Of a DNA stretch of 64,000 bases, positions 39,961 to 48,722 are shown piece after piece. The stretch's first letter is position 1, and each line of letters opens with the position of its first letter. The notes beneath the pieces are model-generated. The model searched no databases. It had not been told where the DNA came from and saw nothing but the letters and a program-made list of their open reading frames with translations. The stretch is from contig CAYQME010000002.1 of NCBI GenBank assembly GCA_964418645.1, positions 385 through 64,384 of the forward strand. Reading direction: 5' to 3'. Source of the DNA: an uncultured Flavobacteriaceae bacterium (GTDB lineage Bacteria; Bacteroidota; Bacteroidia; Flavobacteriales; Flavobacteriaceae). A program made the translations under genes and the position numbers.

Positions 39961-40452
39961 TTAATGCAGACTGATTATCTTGGTCATTTTCCAATCTTCA
40001 TTTTCGTTTTTCCATATTGTAATAAATTTACTAGGATTGGAGACGGCATCTGGTTCTTGATTATTAAAAAATTTGTGATAGCCCATTTCTACTGCACCAT
40101 AGTTATTAATTGGATATACTTCAATACTTCCTGATATTAATTCTCTAGTCACTTTCCCGCAGATGTTATTTTTTATAGCTTCAATAATCTCTGCTTTTGA
40201 AGTTGATAAGCCTCCCTTATCATGAAAAAACTCAATATCTTCGGATATTAGTAATGCTTGTTGCTCTAAATCACAAGTATTATATGCTTCAAAAAAAATA
40301 CTATCTAGTTTTTCTATTTTGTTTTGAAGCACTATGTCTATTGGCTTATATTTTTCTAACTCAGTTATGTCTTTATGTTTTTCATAATTACATGAAACAT
40401 TTAAAGTTGAAACAAATGCAAACAATACTACTATGAAATATTTATAATTCAT
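39961..40452 (-). CDS. NTF2-like (DUF4440/SnoaL-like) lipoprotein
   Basis: 163 aa with an NVSC lipobox-like signal and an alpha+beta cone pattern (FFEAYNTCD... WKMTKIISLH). Starts 1 bp after the PspC stop. Confidence 0.55.
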   Translation of the reverse strand: MNYKYFIVVLFAFVSTLNVSCNYEKHKDITELEKYKPIDIVLQNKIEKLDSIFFEAYNTCDLEQQALLISEDIEFFHDKGGLSTSKAEIIEAIKNNICGKVTRELISGSIEVYPINNYGAVEMGYHKFFNNQEPDAVSNPSKFITIWKNENEDWKMTKIISLH

Positions 40453-40453
40453 G

Positions 40454-42247
40454 TTAATTGTCTTTAGATTTAATACTTATTCCGTTAGAATCTATAGTGG
40501 TTTTAACATTTTCGTTCTCCCCTAAAAGCCCTTTATTGTCTATTTTTAAGTGTGCATCTTCATTTTTAATTTCTAAACCATCTTTATCTAGTTTAAATGA
40601 TGAATCGTCATTGTGAATGTCAATATTTTTTTTGCTTCCATGATCTCTTGAGCAATCTAAACAAATAACATCGTTGTGAATTACTTTTAAGTAATGCTCT
40701 TCGAACCCATTATCGAGAATATCTCTATAGCTTGAAGAGTTTCTATGAAATGAATAGGTGTTAATATCAGCATAAACAATACTACCTTCTGGTAAATACA
40801 CTATTATTTTAACATATTGATCACTAAATTTGTTTTTAAAATCGGTTAATAAATAAGGGTCTAGTAATAGTTCATTTCCTGAAAAAGAATAATTATATTC
40901 TATATTATTTGCTCTTTCTTTAGCTTTTTGATAATTATTCCCATCAGCACTTTTTTCAATGCTTACAATTGCAAGTGAATCTTTAGTTGACCTAAAAATT
41001 AATCGCACATTTGATGAGTATATTTTCTTGTTATCATTTTCGTCAAAAATGATTCTAAATTCACCTCTGTTACGATAGAAGCGTCTAGATTGAGATATAT
41101 AAGAATTATCTTTGTTGGACATTTTTACAAAGAGTGTGTCATTGGTTGTAATACCCATTTCAGTTTTTATTGTTACACTTTCATCAAACACATGCTCACT
41201 TACTTCTTTAATAGCAAAAACAGATAGTACAATAATTGCTGTTAACCATATTCCAAACAATGAAAAACCAGCTATCTTTCCAATTGGTTTCAAGTTATTT
41301 GCAAGAATTTTTAATCCTAAAATAAAGATGAAGAAGAAAGGTATGCCAACTGCAAACAATAATAATAAGGACACTATCCAAATTGGTAAATCGGTTGAAT
41401 TGACAGCATTAGCAAAATCAATACCAGGGAAATGAAAAAGATCTGCAGCTCCAGCTGTAATTAACCCAATTATGAGTCCTATTAGGGTTGAAACTCCAAC
41501 TATCATAAGTATAATACCAATGAATTTTGCACAAATCTTAAAGAAAAACATAATAATATTTCCAAGGGCATCAAAGAAAGAACGCGACGTAGATTGTACT
41601 TTGTTGCCTACTTTTTGGTAGTCTCCATTTTTAACTTTATCGGCAACATCTTCAAGGCTATCCTTAACATTACTAAACCCTTCTTTTACTTTTTGTTCTA
41701 TATTAGTAATGTTAACAGGCTTTCCCGTCATCGCCAATTTTTCAGATGTGGTTTCAGCTGATGGCATTAAGATCCATAATAAGATGTATATAAATAATCC
41801 TGTTCCTCCCACGAAAAATAGAAGTAACCAACCCAAACGAATCCATAATGAATCAACATCAAAGTAATGACTTAACCCAGAACAAACACCGCCAATATAT
41901 GCGTTTTCAGTGTCTCTAAATAACCGTCTTCCAGAAGACTTTTTTCTTGGACGAGCTTCTGGTTCATCTTCAAATATTTCTTCATCGACCATGTAATCTT
42001 CAGGTTGCCCCATTACTGCAATAACTTCTTCTACTTCAGTTATTGAAATGACCTGCTTTTCGTCTTTAATTCTTTCAGTAAATAACTCTGCAATTCGAGC
42101 TTCAATATCTGCAATAATTTCTGAACGCCCTTGGGAATCTGTGAATGAACGTTTTATAGCCTCAAGGTAGCGTTGTAATTTTGAGTATGCATCTTCATCT
42201 ATATGAAAAAATATACCTGCTAAATTTATGTTGACTGTCTTATTCAT
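40454..42247 (-). CDS. PspC domain-containing membrane protein (long Bacteroidota form)
   Basis: PspC motif RLFRDTENAYIGGVCSGLSHYFDVDSLWIRLGWLLLFF, four further TM helices, and a beta-rich C-terminal domain of about 240 aa. Confidence 0.8.
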   Translation of the reverse strand: MNKTVNINLAGIFFHIDEDAYSKLQRYLEAIKRSFTDSQGRSEIIADIEARIAELFTERIKDEKQVISITEVEEVIAVMGQPEDYMVDEEIFEDEPEARPRKKSSGRRLFRDTENAYIGGVCSGLSHYFDVDSLWIRLGWLLLFFVGGTGLFIYILLWILMPSAETTSEKLAMTGKPVNITNIEQKVKEGFSNVKDSLEDVADKVKNGDYQKVGNKVQSTSRSFFDALGNIIMFFFKICAKFIGIILMIVGVSTLIGLIIGLITAGAADLFHFPGIDFANAVNSTDLPIWIVSLLLLFAVGIPFFFIFILGLKILANNLKPIGKIAGFSLFGIWLTAIIVLSVFAIKEVSEHVFDESVTIKTEMGITTNDTLFVKMSNKDNSYISQSRRFYRNRGEFRIIFDENDNKKIYSSNVRLIFRSTKDSLAIVSIEKSADGNNYQKAKERANNIEYNYSFSGNELLLDPYLLTDFKNKFSDQYVKIIVYLPEGSIVYADINTYSFHRNSSSYRDILDNGFEEHYLKVIHNDVICLDCSRDHGSKKNIDIHNDDSSFKLDKDGLEIKNEDAHLKIDNKGLLGENENVKTTIDSNGISIKSKDN

Positions 42248-42585
42248 TTTTTTGTAGTTTTTTTTCTTGTTACTAGGTTAACAGCATTCTGTAGTTCACT
42301 CCAAGTCGTGTTCAATTCTTTTAAAAATAGTTTCCCTGTTTCAGTTAATCCATAATATTTTCTTGGTGGTCCTGATGTAGATTCTTCCCAACGATAATTG
42401 AGTAATCCTGCGTTTTTTAATCGTGTAAGCAAAGGATATATAGTGCCTTCTACAACTAGCATTTTTGCGTCCTTCAAGGTTCCTAGAATTTCTGCTACGT
42501 AAGCATCATCATCTTTCAATATTGATAGTATGCAATATTCTAAAACGCCTTTTCGCATTTGTGCTTTTGTGTTTTCTATTTTCAT
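42244..42585 (-). CDS. PadR family transcriptional regulator
   Basis: 113 aa with GVLEYCILSIL... and YPLLTRLKNAGLL (winged helix). ATGA overlap with the pspC-like gene. Confidence 0.85.
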   Translation of the reverse strand: MKIENTKAQMRKGVLEYCILSILKDDDAYVAEILGTLKDAKMLVVEGTIYPLLTRLKNAGLLNYRWEESTSGPPRKYYGLTETGKLFLKELNTTWSELQNAVNLVTRKKTTKK

Positions 42586-42710
42586 GTGTTTAAAATTATT
42601 TGCATTCTATTCATCGCTTGTAATCGTATAGATTTCGTAAGATATAGAATTTAAGTTCATAATAACTGTTCATTTTTTGATTGATTGACGTGATTGATGA
42701 TTAATTTGAT

Positions 42711-43193
42711 TTATTTTAAAAAATTGATTGTAATAGGATATTTATAAGGTTCACCTTGATTAGCTTTACTTGTTGCAATGATTATAAAAACAATTTCAAA
42801 TACAAATGCAGCCATTACTAATATACCAGCTAGTATTGAGAAAATTATAACATTAAAACCATCACGATGGGATAAGTGAAAATCAAAATTGTAGGTATGC
42901 CAAAACTCTGGAAAACTAACTGAGTTAAGTACCCCAAATAAAAATAGTGGTATAGTTAAACAGCCAATAATAATAGTATAAATTAATATACTTAATTGAA
43001 AGTTGATGGCTTGTTTACCGTGCGCATCAATAAATTCAGATTTGTCTTTATTAATAGTCCAAAATATGAGAGGCATTATTATATTACCCAATGGGAAAAT
43101 AAATTTTGAAAGCGCAGATAAGTGTGTTATAGCTGCTAAATTTTTATGGTGTTTTGTTAGCATAATTAAAACGTATAGTATTCTCTTATGCAA
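42711..43193 (-). CDS. DUF4870-like membrane protein
   Basis: Motif AAITHLSALSKFIFPLGNIIMPLIFW...DAHGKQAINFQLS. The true start may be the Met at 43163. Confidence 0.5.
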   Translation of the reverse strand: MHKRILYVLIMLTKHHKNLAAITHLSALSKFIFPLGNIIMPLIFWTINKDKSEFIDAHGKQAINFQLSILIYTIIIGCLTIPLFLFGVLNSVSFPEFWHTYNFDFHLSHRDGFNVIIFSILAGILVMAAFVFEIVFIIIATSKANQGEPYKYPITINFLK

Positions 43194-43304
43194 ATATATG
43201 TCTAAAAAAAGGTATTATGCAAAACATAGTACTATAATTAACATAAATTTAACACTTTATCAAATAGAATATTTTGCATAACTTAGTCAAAAAATAACCT
43301 ATAA

Positions 43305-43760
43305 ATGAAGATATCACACAGTAAACTCAACACTTTTTTAATGTTTAAACTACCTTCTGCTTTTTTCTGTGGCGTACGTGCAACATATATTGATGATAAA
43401 AAGTGTGTCGTTAAAGTAAAGCATAGATGGATTAATCAAAATCCGTTTAAATCTATGTTTTGGGCTGTACAAGGTATGGCAGCGGAACTAACAACGGGAG
43501 CAATGCTTACCTCAAAAATTAGAGAGAGTGGTAAAAATATTTCTATGTTAGTAGCAAACAATAATGCCAGCTTTACTAAAAAAGCTACTGGTATTATAAC
43601 TTTTGAATGTGCTGAAGGTCATTTAATAGATACTGCAATTACCAAAGCACTAGAAACTGGAGAAGGACAAACCATCTGGATGAATTCAAAAGGAATAAAT
43701 GCTGATGGAATTCAAGTTTCTAGTTTTAATTTTGAATGGACAATTAAAGTTAAGCAGTAA
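43305..43760 (+). CDS. DUF4442-like (hotdog/thioesterase-fold) protein
   Basis: 151 aa; NTFLMFKLPSAFFCGVR and NPFKSMFWAVQGMAAE resemble DUF4442. Confidence 0.5.
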   Translation: MKISHSKLNTFLMFKLPSAFFCGVRATYIDDKKCVVKVKHRWINQNPFKSMFWAVQGMAAELTTGAMLTSKIRESGKNISMLVANNNASFTKKATGIITFECAEGHLIDTAITKALETGEGQTIWMNSKGINADGIQVSSFNFEWTIKVKQ

Positions 43761-43854
43761 ACAATCATCAGTCTTAATTCTATTATTTAAATAAACTTTG
43801 TAACAAAAGCAGAAACTAAACAACTTATAACCAAATCAATAAAAACCAAAAATT

Positions 43855-44655
43855 ATGACAGCACATGAAATAGACTATAAAATTTATGGGGAAGAAATGC
43901 AATTTGTAGAAATTGAATTGGATACTAATGAAGGTGTTGTAGCTGAAGCAGGAAGCTTTATGATGATGGATGATGGTGTTAGAATGGAAACTATATTTGG
44001 AGATGGTTCTCAAAAAAATCAAGGCTTTTTAGGCTCAATACTAGGAGCTGGAAAGCGTATATTAACAGGAGAAAGTTTATTTATGACTGCCTTTTATAAT
44101 ACCTTAGGAGGGAAGCGTAAAGTCTCGTTTGCATCACCTTACCCAGGAAAAATAGTAGCCATAGATTTAACAGAGTTTGGAGGGAAGTTTATTTGCCAAA
44201 AGGATGCTTTTTTATGTGCTGCTAAAGGCGTAAGTATTGGTATAGAATTTAGTAAACGATTAGGTAGAGGATTATTTGGTGGCGAAGGTTTTATTATGCA
44301 AAAATTAGAAGGCAATGGGATGGCTTTTGTACATGCAGGAGGAACCATGGCAAAACGAGTTTTACACTTAGGAGAAGTGCTAAAAGTAGATACTGGTTGT
44401 ATTGTTGGTTTAACAAAGGATATTGATTATGATATAGAATTTGTTGGAGGTATTAAGAATACTATTTTTGGTGGTGAAGGACTGTTCTTTGCAAAATTAC
44501 AAGGGCCTGGAACCGTATATATTCAATCCTTACCATTTAGCAGATTGGCTAATCGTGTGTTAGCGAGCGCGCCCAAACAAGGTGGAAAAAGCAGAGGAGA
44601 AGGTAGTGTTTTGGGTGGATTAGGTGATTTGTTGGATGGTGATAATAGATTTTAA
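43855..44655 (+). CDS. AIM24 / TIGR00266 family protein
   Basis: 266 aa; [23 protein letters not shown] and glycine-rich beta repeats ([12 protein letters not shown]). Confidence 0.6.
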   Translation: MTAHEIDYKIYGEEMQFVEIELDTNEGVVAEAGSFMMMDDGVRMETIFGDGSQKNQGFLGSILGAGKRILTGESLFMTAFYNTLGGKRKVSFASPYPGKIVAIDLTEFGGKFICQKDAFLCAAKGVSIGIEFSKRLGRGLFGGEGFIMQKLEGNGMAFVHAGGTMAKRVLHLGEVLKVDTGCIVGLTKDIDYDIEFVGGIKNTIFGGEGLFFAKLQGPGTVYIQSLPFSRLANRVLASAPKQGGKSRGEGSVLGGLGDLLDGDNRF

Positions 44656-44845
44656 TACTTATTAATTTATTTGATTTGAAACATTTAATAATCAAATAAT
44701 TAACTTTATCGGTGGTGTTAAATTTTTTTTTATTTTTTTAATAATCAAATTTTTTCATAACTTTATAGTTATATAATTATAAAATAGATAGCCTATAGAT
44801 ACATTTTTACTTTTTATTTTTAATTAATAAAACCTAAGATAACTT

Positions 44846-45043
44846 ATGGCAAGAGCAATGTTTGAGTACACCAAAACAGTACTTAAAAAAGTAAGTTTTG
44901 ACGCTACGTTGTTCTGTAAAGAGCTTGAAAAAGCACTTCAACGTTTACTTCCTTACGAAATAGAAGAATTGAAGATTTTTATACAATCTCTTATACAACA
45001 GAACCCAGAATTAAATCAATGTTTAATTTATTTAAAACCATAA
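44846..45043 (+). CDS. Small helical hypothetical protein (65 aa)
   Basis: ATG start, and a strong terminator follows immediately. No family recognised. Confidence 0.4.
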   Translation: MARAMFEYTKTVLKKVSFDATLFCKELEKALQRLLPYEIEELKIFIQSLIQQNPELNQCLIYLKP

Positions 45044-45071
45044 AAAAAGCGACCTCTTGGTCGCTTTTTTT
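45042..45071. terminator. Bidirectional rho-independent terminator between the small ORF and oxyR
   Basis: aaaaaaagcgacc-tctt-ggtcgcttttttt. The T-run overlaps the oxyR stop codon. Confidence 0.75.
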
Positions 45072-46008
45072 ATTTTGGTAAGGGGCTAATAATTTTTACA
45101 TTTTGAAAAGCAATAGCGCCTCTTATTATTCCAGAAATTATATTTTGCAAAGCATCAATAATTTGCATTTTTAACTCACTTTTATGATAAATAACACTTA
45201 CTTCACGAGCAGGAGAAGGTTCGTTAAAATAACGCAAATTACCTTTTTCACTATCTCTTATATCAAGTGTGTGTAAATATGGAAGTAGCGTCATTCCTAA
45301 GCCTTCGTTTGATAATTTTACTAGCATTTCAATACTACCACTGTCTAGTTGAAACGTATCTTCTCCATGTTTTTTAAAAGATTTACATAAATTTATGACA
45401 CCATCTCTAAAACAATGACCATCTTCTAGTAGTAGCATATCATCTATTTCCAGATCATCAATGTCAATGTTCTTCTTCTTATTTAACCTATGATTAATTG
45501 GGATATAACCAACAAAGGGTTCGTAAAAAAGAACACGCTCTTTAATATTTTCGTTATCTAGTGGTGTTGCAGCAATTGCTGCGTCTAAGTGCCCCTCGTT
45601 AATTCTTGAGATAATTTCTTGAGTTGTAAATTCTTCAATTTTCAATTTTACTTTTGGGTACTTTTTAATAAATGTTTTTAAAAACATTGGCAATAAAGTT
45701 GGCATTACTGTAGGGATAATACCTAATTTAAATTCGCCACCAATAAACCCCTGTTGCTGATCTACAATATCTTGAATTCTATCAGCTTCATTTACTATAT
45801 TTTTTGCCTGAGTGACGATTTTTTTACCAACCTCAGTGAGTTCAATAGGTTTTTTACTTCTATCAAAAATGAGAACATTTAATTGGTCTTCTAATTTTTG
45901 AATTTGCATACTTAATGTGGGTTGTGTAACAAAACATTTTTCGGCTGCTCTTGTGAAGTTTTGATGTTCGGCAACTGCCAAAACATAATATAATTGAGTA
46001 ATTGTCAT
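45070..46008 (-). CDS. oxyR: LysR-family hydrogen peroxide sensor OxyR
   Basis: HTH LYYVLAVAEHQNFTRAAEKCFVTQPTLSMQIQKLE. Redox pair EDGHCFRDGVINLC with Cys spaced 9 apart, as for C199/C208 of E. coli OxyR. Confidence 0.85.
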   Translation of the reverse strand: MTITQLYYVLAVAEHQNFTRAAEKCFVTQPTLSMQIQKLEDQLNVLIFDRSKKPIELTEVGKKIVTQAKNIVNEADRIQDIVDQQQGFIGGEFKLGIIPTVMPTLLPMFLKTFIKKYPKVKLKIEEFTTQEIISRINEGHLDAAIAATPLDNENIKERVLFYEPFVGYIPINHRLNKKKNIDIDDLEIDDMLLLEDGHCFRDGVINLCKSFKKHGEDTFQLDSGSIEMLVKLSNEGLGMTLLPYLHTLDIRDSEKGNLRYFNEPSPAREVSVIYHKSELKMQIIDALQNIISGIIRGAIAFQNVKIISPLPK

Positions 46009-46080
46009 TTGTATTGTTTTAGATTATAAAGATATAAAAACTATCAATAAAATTTATCAAAAAACAGTTTTATTATAGAT

Positions 46081-46088
46081 TAAATTTG
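46081..46088 (+). promoter_or_regulatory. Candidate -7 promoter box (TAAATTTG) for dps
   Basis: Exact TAnnTTTG match, 25 bp upstream of the ATG at 46113. Confidence 0.45.
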
Positions 46089-46112
46089 TAGTAAATAAAA
46101 AACTTAAAAATT

Positions 46113-46594
46113 ATGACACTTACATAGTATAGGATTAAATAAAAATAAAGCGAAAGATTTAGCTAATGATTTAAATGGCTTGCTAGCTAATTTTCAATTG
46201 TATTATCAAAATTTGAGAGGCATTCATTGGAATATTAAGGGAAAACGTTTTTTTTGATTTGCATATTAAATTTGAAGAATTATATAATGATGCTAATATA
46301 AAAGTCGATGAAATAGCAGAACCTGTTTTAACACTTGGTGAAACACCTTTACACACATTTGATGATTGTATAAGCAAAGCTATAGTTCCTATTGGTAAAA
46401 ATATTTCTAATGATGAAAAAGCGGTGCGGTTAATAGTTGATTCTTTAACCCAATTATTAAAAATAGAGCGGAATTTGCTGGAGAAATCTGAAGATGCAAA
46501 CGATGAAGGCACTAATTCTATGATGAGTGATTTTATTACCAAACAGGAAAAAACAGTTTGGATGATGAAAGCATGGTTAAACGAAACGGTTTAA
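46113..46594 (+). pseudogene. dps: Dps (DNA-binding ferritin-like protein) interrupted by two +1 frameshifts
   Basis: ATG ACA CTT ACA then TAG at 46125-46127. The next frame from 46129 reads IGLNKNKAKDLANDLNGLLANFQLYYQNLRGIHWNIKGKRFF, then TGA at 46255-46257 directly after a T8 run (46248-46255). The next frame again reads DLHIKFEELYNDANIKVDEIAE... to the stop at 46592-46594. Confidence 0.8.
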
Positions 46595-46621
46595 TTGATT
46601 TTGAATAATTTGATTGATAGC

Positions 46622-46654
46622 AAAACAGGACGACCATTTGGTCGCCCTGTTTTA
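46622..46654 (+). terminator. Rho-independent terminator of dps
   Basis: Stem aaaacagg(a)cgacc / ggtcg(c)cctgtttt, loop attt, with a T-run. Confidence 0.7.
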
Positions 46655-46845
46655 TAAGATTAAAATCTAATTTTAATGTTTATATTTTCATTAGAAACTT
46701 TAAACTTTTAGTCTGTAAACTGTTGTAGACATAATTTATTGTGTAATTAGAGGTACAAAAATCTTCTTTTGACATTCCATTGCCTTCAAAATCCATGCGT
46801 TTATTTCCTGTTTTCAACATGTAATACTATAATAGTGTAAGTACA

Positions 46846-48177
46846 TTATATCAGCCCTCTGGCTTTTATTTCTAGGTATTTGTTAATAGTATCAATAGTT
46901 AAACTCTCTGGTGTAGTAAGAATAGAGTAGATGCCATATTTTTTAAGCTCGTTTACAATAAGACGTTTTTCGTATGCAAACTTTTCAGCAATAACCTTGT
47001 CATACACTTGTTGTATGGTTTCTGCTTTTTCAGAAATTAAACTGTTAAGTTCAGTGTTTTTAAAGAAGATTACAACTAGTAAATGGTTTTTTGCAATGCC
47101 TTTTAAATATGGAAGTTGCCTGTATAAACCATCTAAAGTTTCAAAATTAGTGTATAATAATATTAAACTGCGTTGTGTAATATTTCGTTTTACATCAGCA
47201 TATAATCTTCCAAAATCACTTTCAAAATAATCTGTACTTACATTGTAGAGACTTTCTAGAATTAAATTCATTTGCGATGTTCTTCGTTCGGCAACAACTC
47301 TATTTTCAACTTTTTTTGAAAAAGTGAATAATCCTGCTCTATCGTGTTTTTTTAAGGCTACATTAGAAATTACTAAAGCCGCATTAATAGCATAATCCAA
47401 AAGTGTAAGCTTATCAAAAAGCATTTTCATAACACGTCCTTTATCAATAACCGAATAGATAGGTTGTGATTTTTCATCCTGAAATTGATTCACCATTAAC
47501 TGATTTTTCTTGGCTGTAGCTTTCCAATTTATGGTTCGCAAGTCATCACCCAATATATATTCTTTAATTTGTTCAAACTCCATAGTATGCCCAAGTCTTC
47601 TCACTTTTTTAATACCGTATTGTGTAAGATTATTATTTATGGCTAACAAATCATATTTACGCAATTGCATAAAGCTAGGGTAGGTTGGTATCATGGCTTT
47701 ATCTTTAAAACTAAAACGTCTAGCAATAAGTCCAAATACTGAAGTAGTATAGATATTAAGTTTACCAAAATGATATTCGCCACGTTCGGTTGGTCTTAAT
47801 TCGTACTGTAATTGAGTTTTGTTTGAAGCTGCTAGCTTACGTTCAATACTAAAGTTTCTAACTTGAAATTGTTCAGGTATTTCATCAATAATTTTTATAT
47901 AAACAGGAAATGTATAATAGTTTTCAATAGAAATATCTATGAGGTTTAAATCACCATTCGAAAATTTTTCAGGAAGCGTCCTAATGCCATTAATACCTTT
48001 TTTTGCCAAAAATAAAAGAAGAATATCTAATAACATAAATACCAAGAGAACCAGCACTAAAAGCTTTACAATATTAAACCATCTAGGAAATACAAAGCTC
48101 AATACAAACAGCACTATAATGGTGATGCATGCATAAAAAAAGCGATTTTGTATATAGAATGGTTTTAATCTTTTCAT
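46846..48177 (-). CDS. DUF58 domain protein (MoxR partner, vWA-like) with N-terminal TM helices
   Basis: IKEYILGDDLRTINWKATAKKNQLMVNQFQDEKSQ is the DUF58 signature. Its start overlaps the upstream stop as TAATG. Confidence 0.8.
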   Translation of the reverse strand: MKRLKPFYIQNRFFYACITIIVLFVLSFVFPRWFNIVKLLVLVLLVFMLLDILLLFLAKKGINGIRTLPEKFSNGDLNLIDISIENYYTFPVYIKIIDEIPEQFQVRNFSIERKLAASNKTQLQYELRPTERGEYHFGKLNIYTTSVFGLIARRFSFKDKAMIPTYPSFMQLRKYDLLAINNNLTQYGIKKVRRLGHTMEFEQIKEYILGDDLRTINWKATAKKNQLMVNQFQDEKSQPIYSVIDKGRVMKMLFDKLTLLDYAINAALVISNVALKKHDRAGLFTFSKKVENRVVAERRTSQMNLILESLYNVSTDYFESDFGRLYADVKRNITQRSLILLYTNFETLDGLYRQLPYLKGIAKNHLLVVIFFKNTELNSLISEKAETIQQVYDKVIAEKFAYEKRLIVNELKKYGIYSILTTPESLTIDTINKYLEIKARGLI

Positions 48178-48719
48178 TAATCTTTATTTAATACTTTAAA
48201 TGGAATCTTAAATATTTTCAAATCTGCTTTATGTTCTATATTGCCTAAAGAGTCTTTTATATGTTGAATTTGAATATTATAATCATAACCATAAAAAGAA
48301 GCAATCTTATCTAGTTTTTGCTTTTTCTCTTTTGCAATTTTTAAATCGTTAAAGTATGAGTTAATTGTTCCTATTCCTTTTGCCAGTGGAATACATGCAA
48401 TTACTAAAATCACCAAAGTGATTGTTGAAATAAACCCTTTTTGAAATATGAAATTAGTAATGACCATGCCCAAAATGAAAATTACCAAACTTATAATTAA
48501 ATTAAAAGTACCTAAGCCAATTTGATTTGTTCTAGAATTTAATACTGATTCATATTCTATGTTAATTTTTGTTATTTGTTTTTCAAACTCATTTTCTAAT
48601 ACAATTTTCGGACATTTATTAGTGAAATCTGGCTTTTTATTTGTTAGACTACAAATAACACCAGTTTTAAAATTAACAATTTTATTGTCACAAAGGTTAC
48701 AATGTTCTACGATAATCAT
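48177..48719 (-). CDS. Hypothetical membrane protein with an N-terminal four-Cys (zinc-ribbon-like) motif
   Basis: 180 aa: CNLC-x13-C-x12-C, then two TM helices and a charged C-terminal domain. Confidence 0.5.
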   Translation of the reverse strand: MIIVEHCNLCDNKIVNFKTGVICSLTNKKPDFTNKCPKIVLENEFEKQITKINIEYESVLNSRTNQIGLGTFNLIISLVIFILGMVITNFIFQKGFISTITLVILVIACIPLAKGIGTINSYFNDLKIAKEKKQKLDKIASFYGYDYNIQIQHIKDSLGNIEHKADLKIFKIPFKVLNKD

Positions 48720-48722
48720 AGT

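Noticed and set aside
42586-42715. Short gattga/tgattga repeats (gattgattgacgtgattgatgattaatttgattt) upstream of padR
   Set aside because: They lie at the 3' end and stop region of the convergently placed DUF4870-like gene and are short low-complexity repeats. A PadR operator may be nearby, but I could not define a convincing dyad.
44667-44699. AT-only 10-bp inverted repeat (ttatttgatt / aatcaaataa) after the AIM24-family gene, plus the repeated aataatcaaat
   Set aside because: The hairpin is weak (all A-T or G-T pairs) and has no following T-run. This is not enough to call a terminator or regulatory site.
46183-46542. Minus-strand 119-aa ORF opposite dps. Similar antisense ORFs occur at 5599-5889, 17849-18160, 32713-33197, 35668-35967, 48559-49020 and 49342-49743.
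   Set aside because: All are embedded antisense, or out of frame, in genes with strong family motifs. They have Ser/Leu/Phe/Ile-rich translations and no independent signals.
46683-46820. 46-codon minus-strand ORF (MLKTGNKRMDFEGNGMSKEDF...) 25 bp downstream of the DUF58 gene
   Set aside because: It is too short, has no recognisable motif, and lies in terminator-proximal AT-rich DNA. It could be an eighth operon gene only if it is conserved, which I cannot test.
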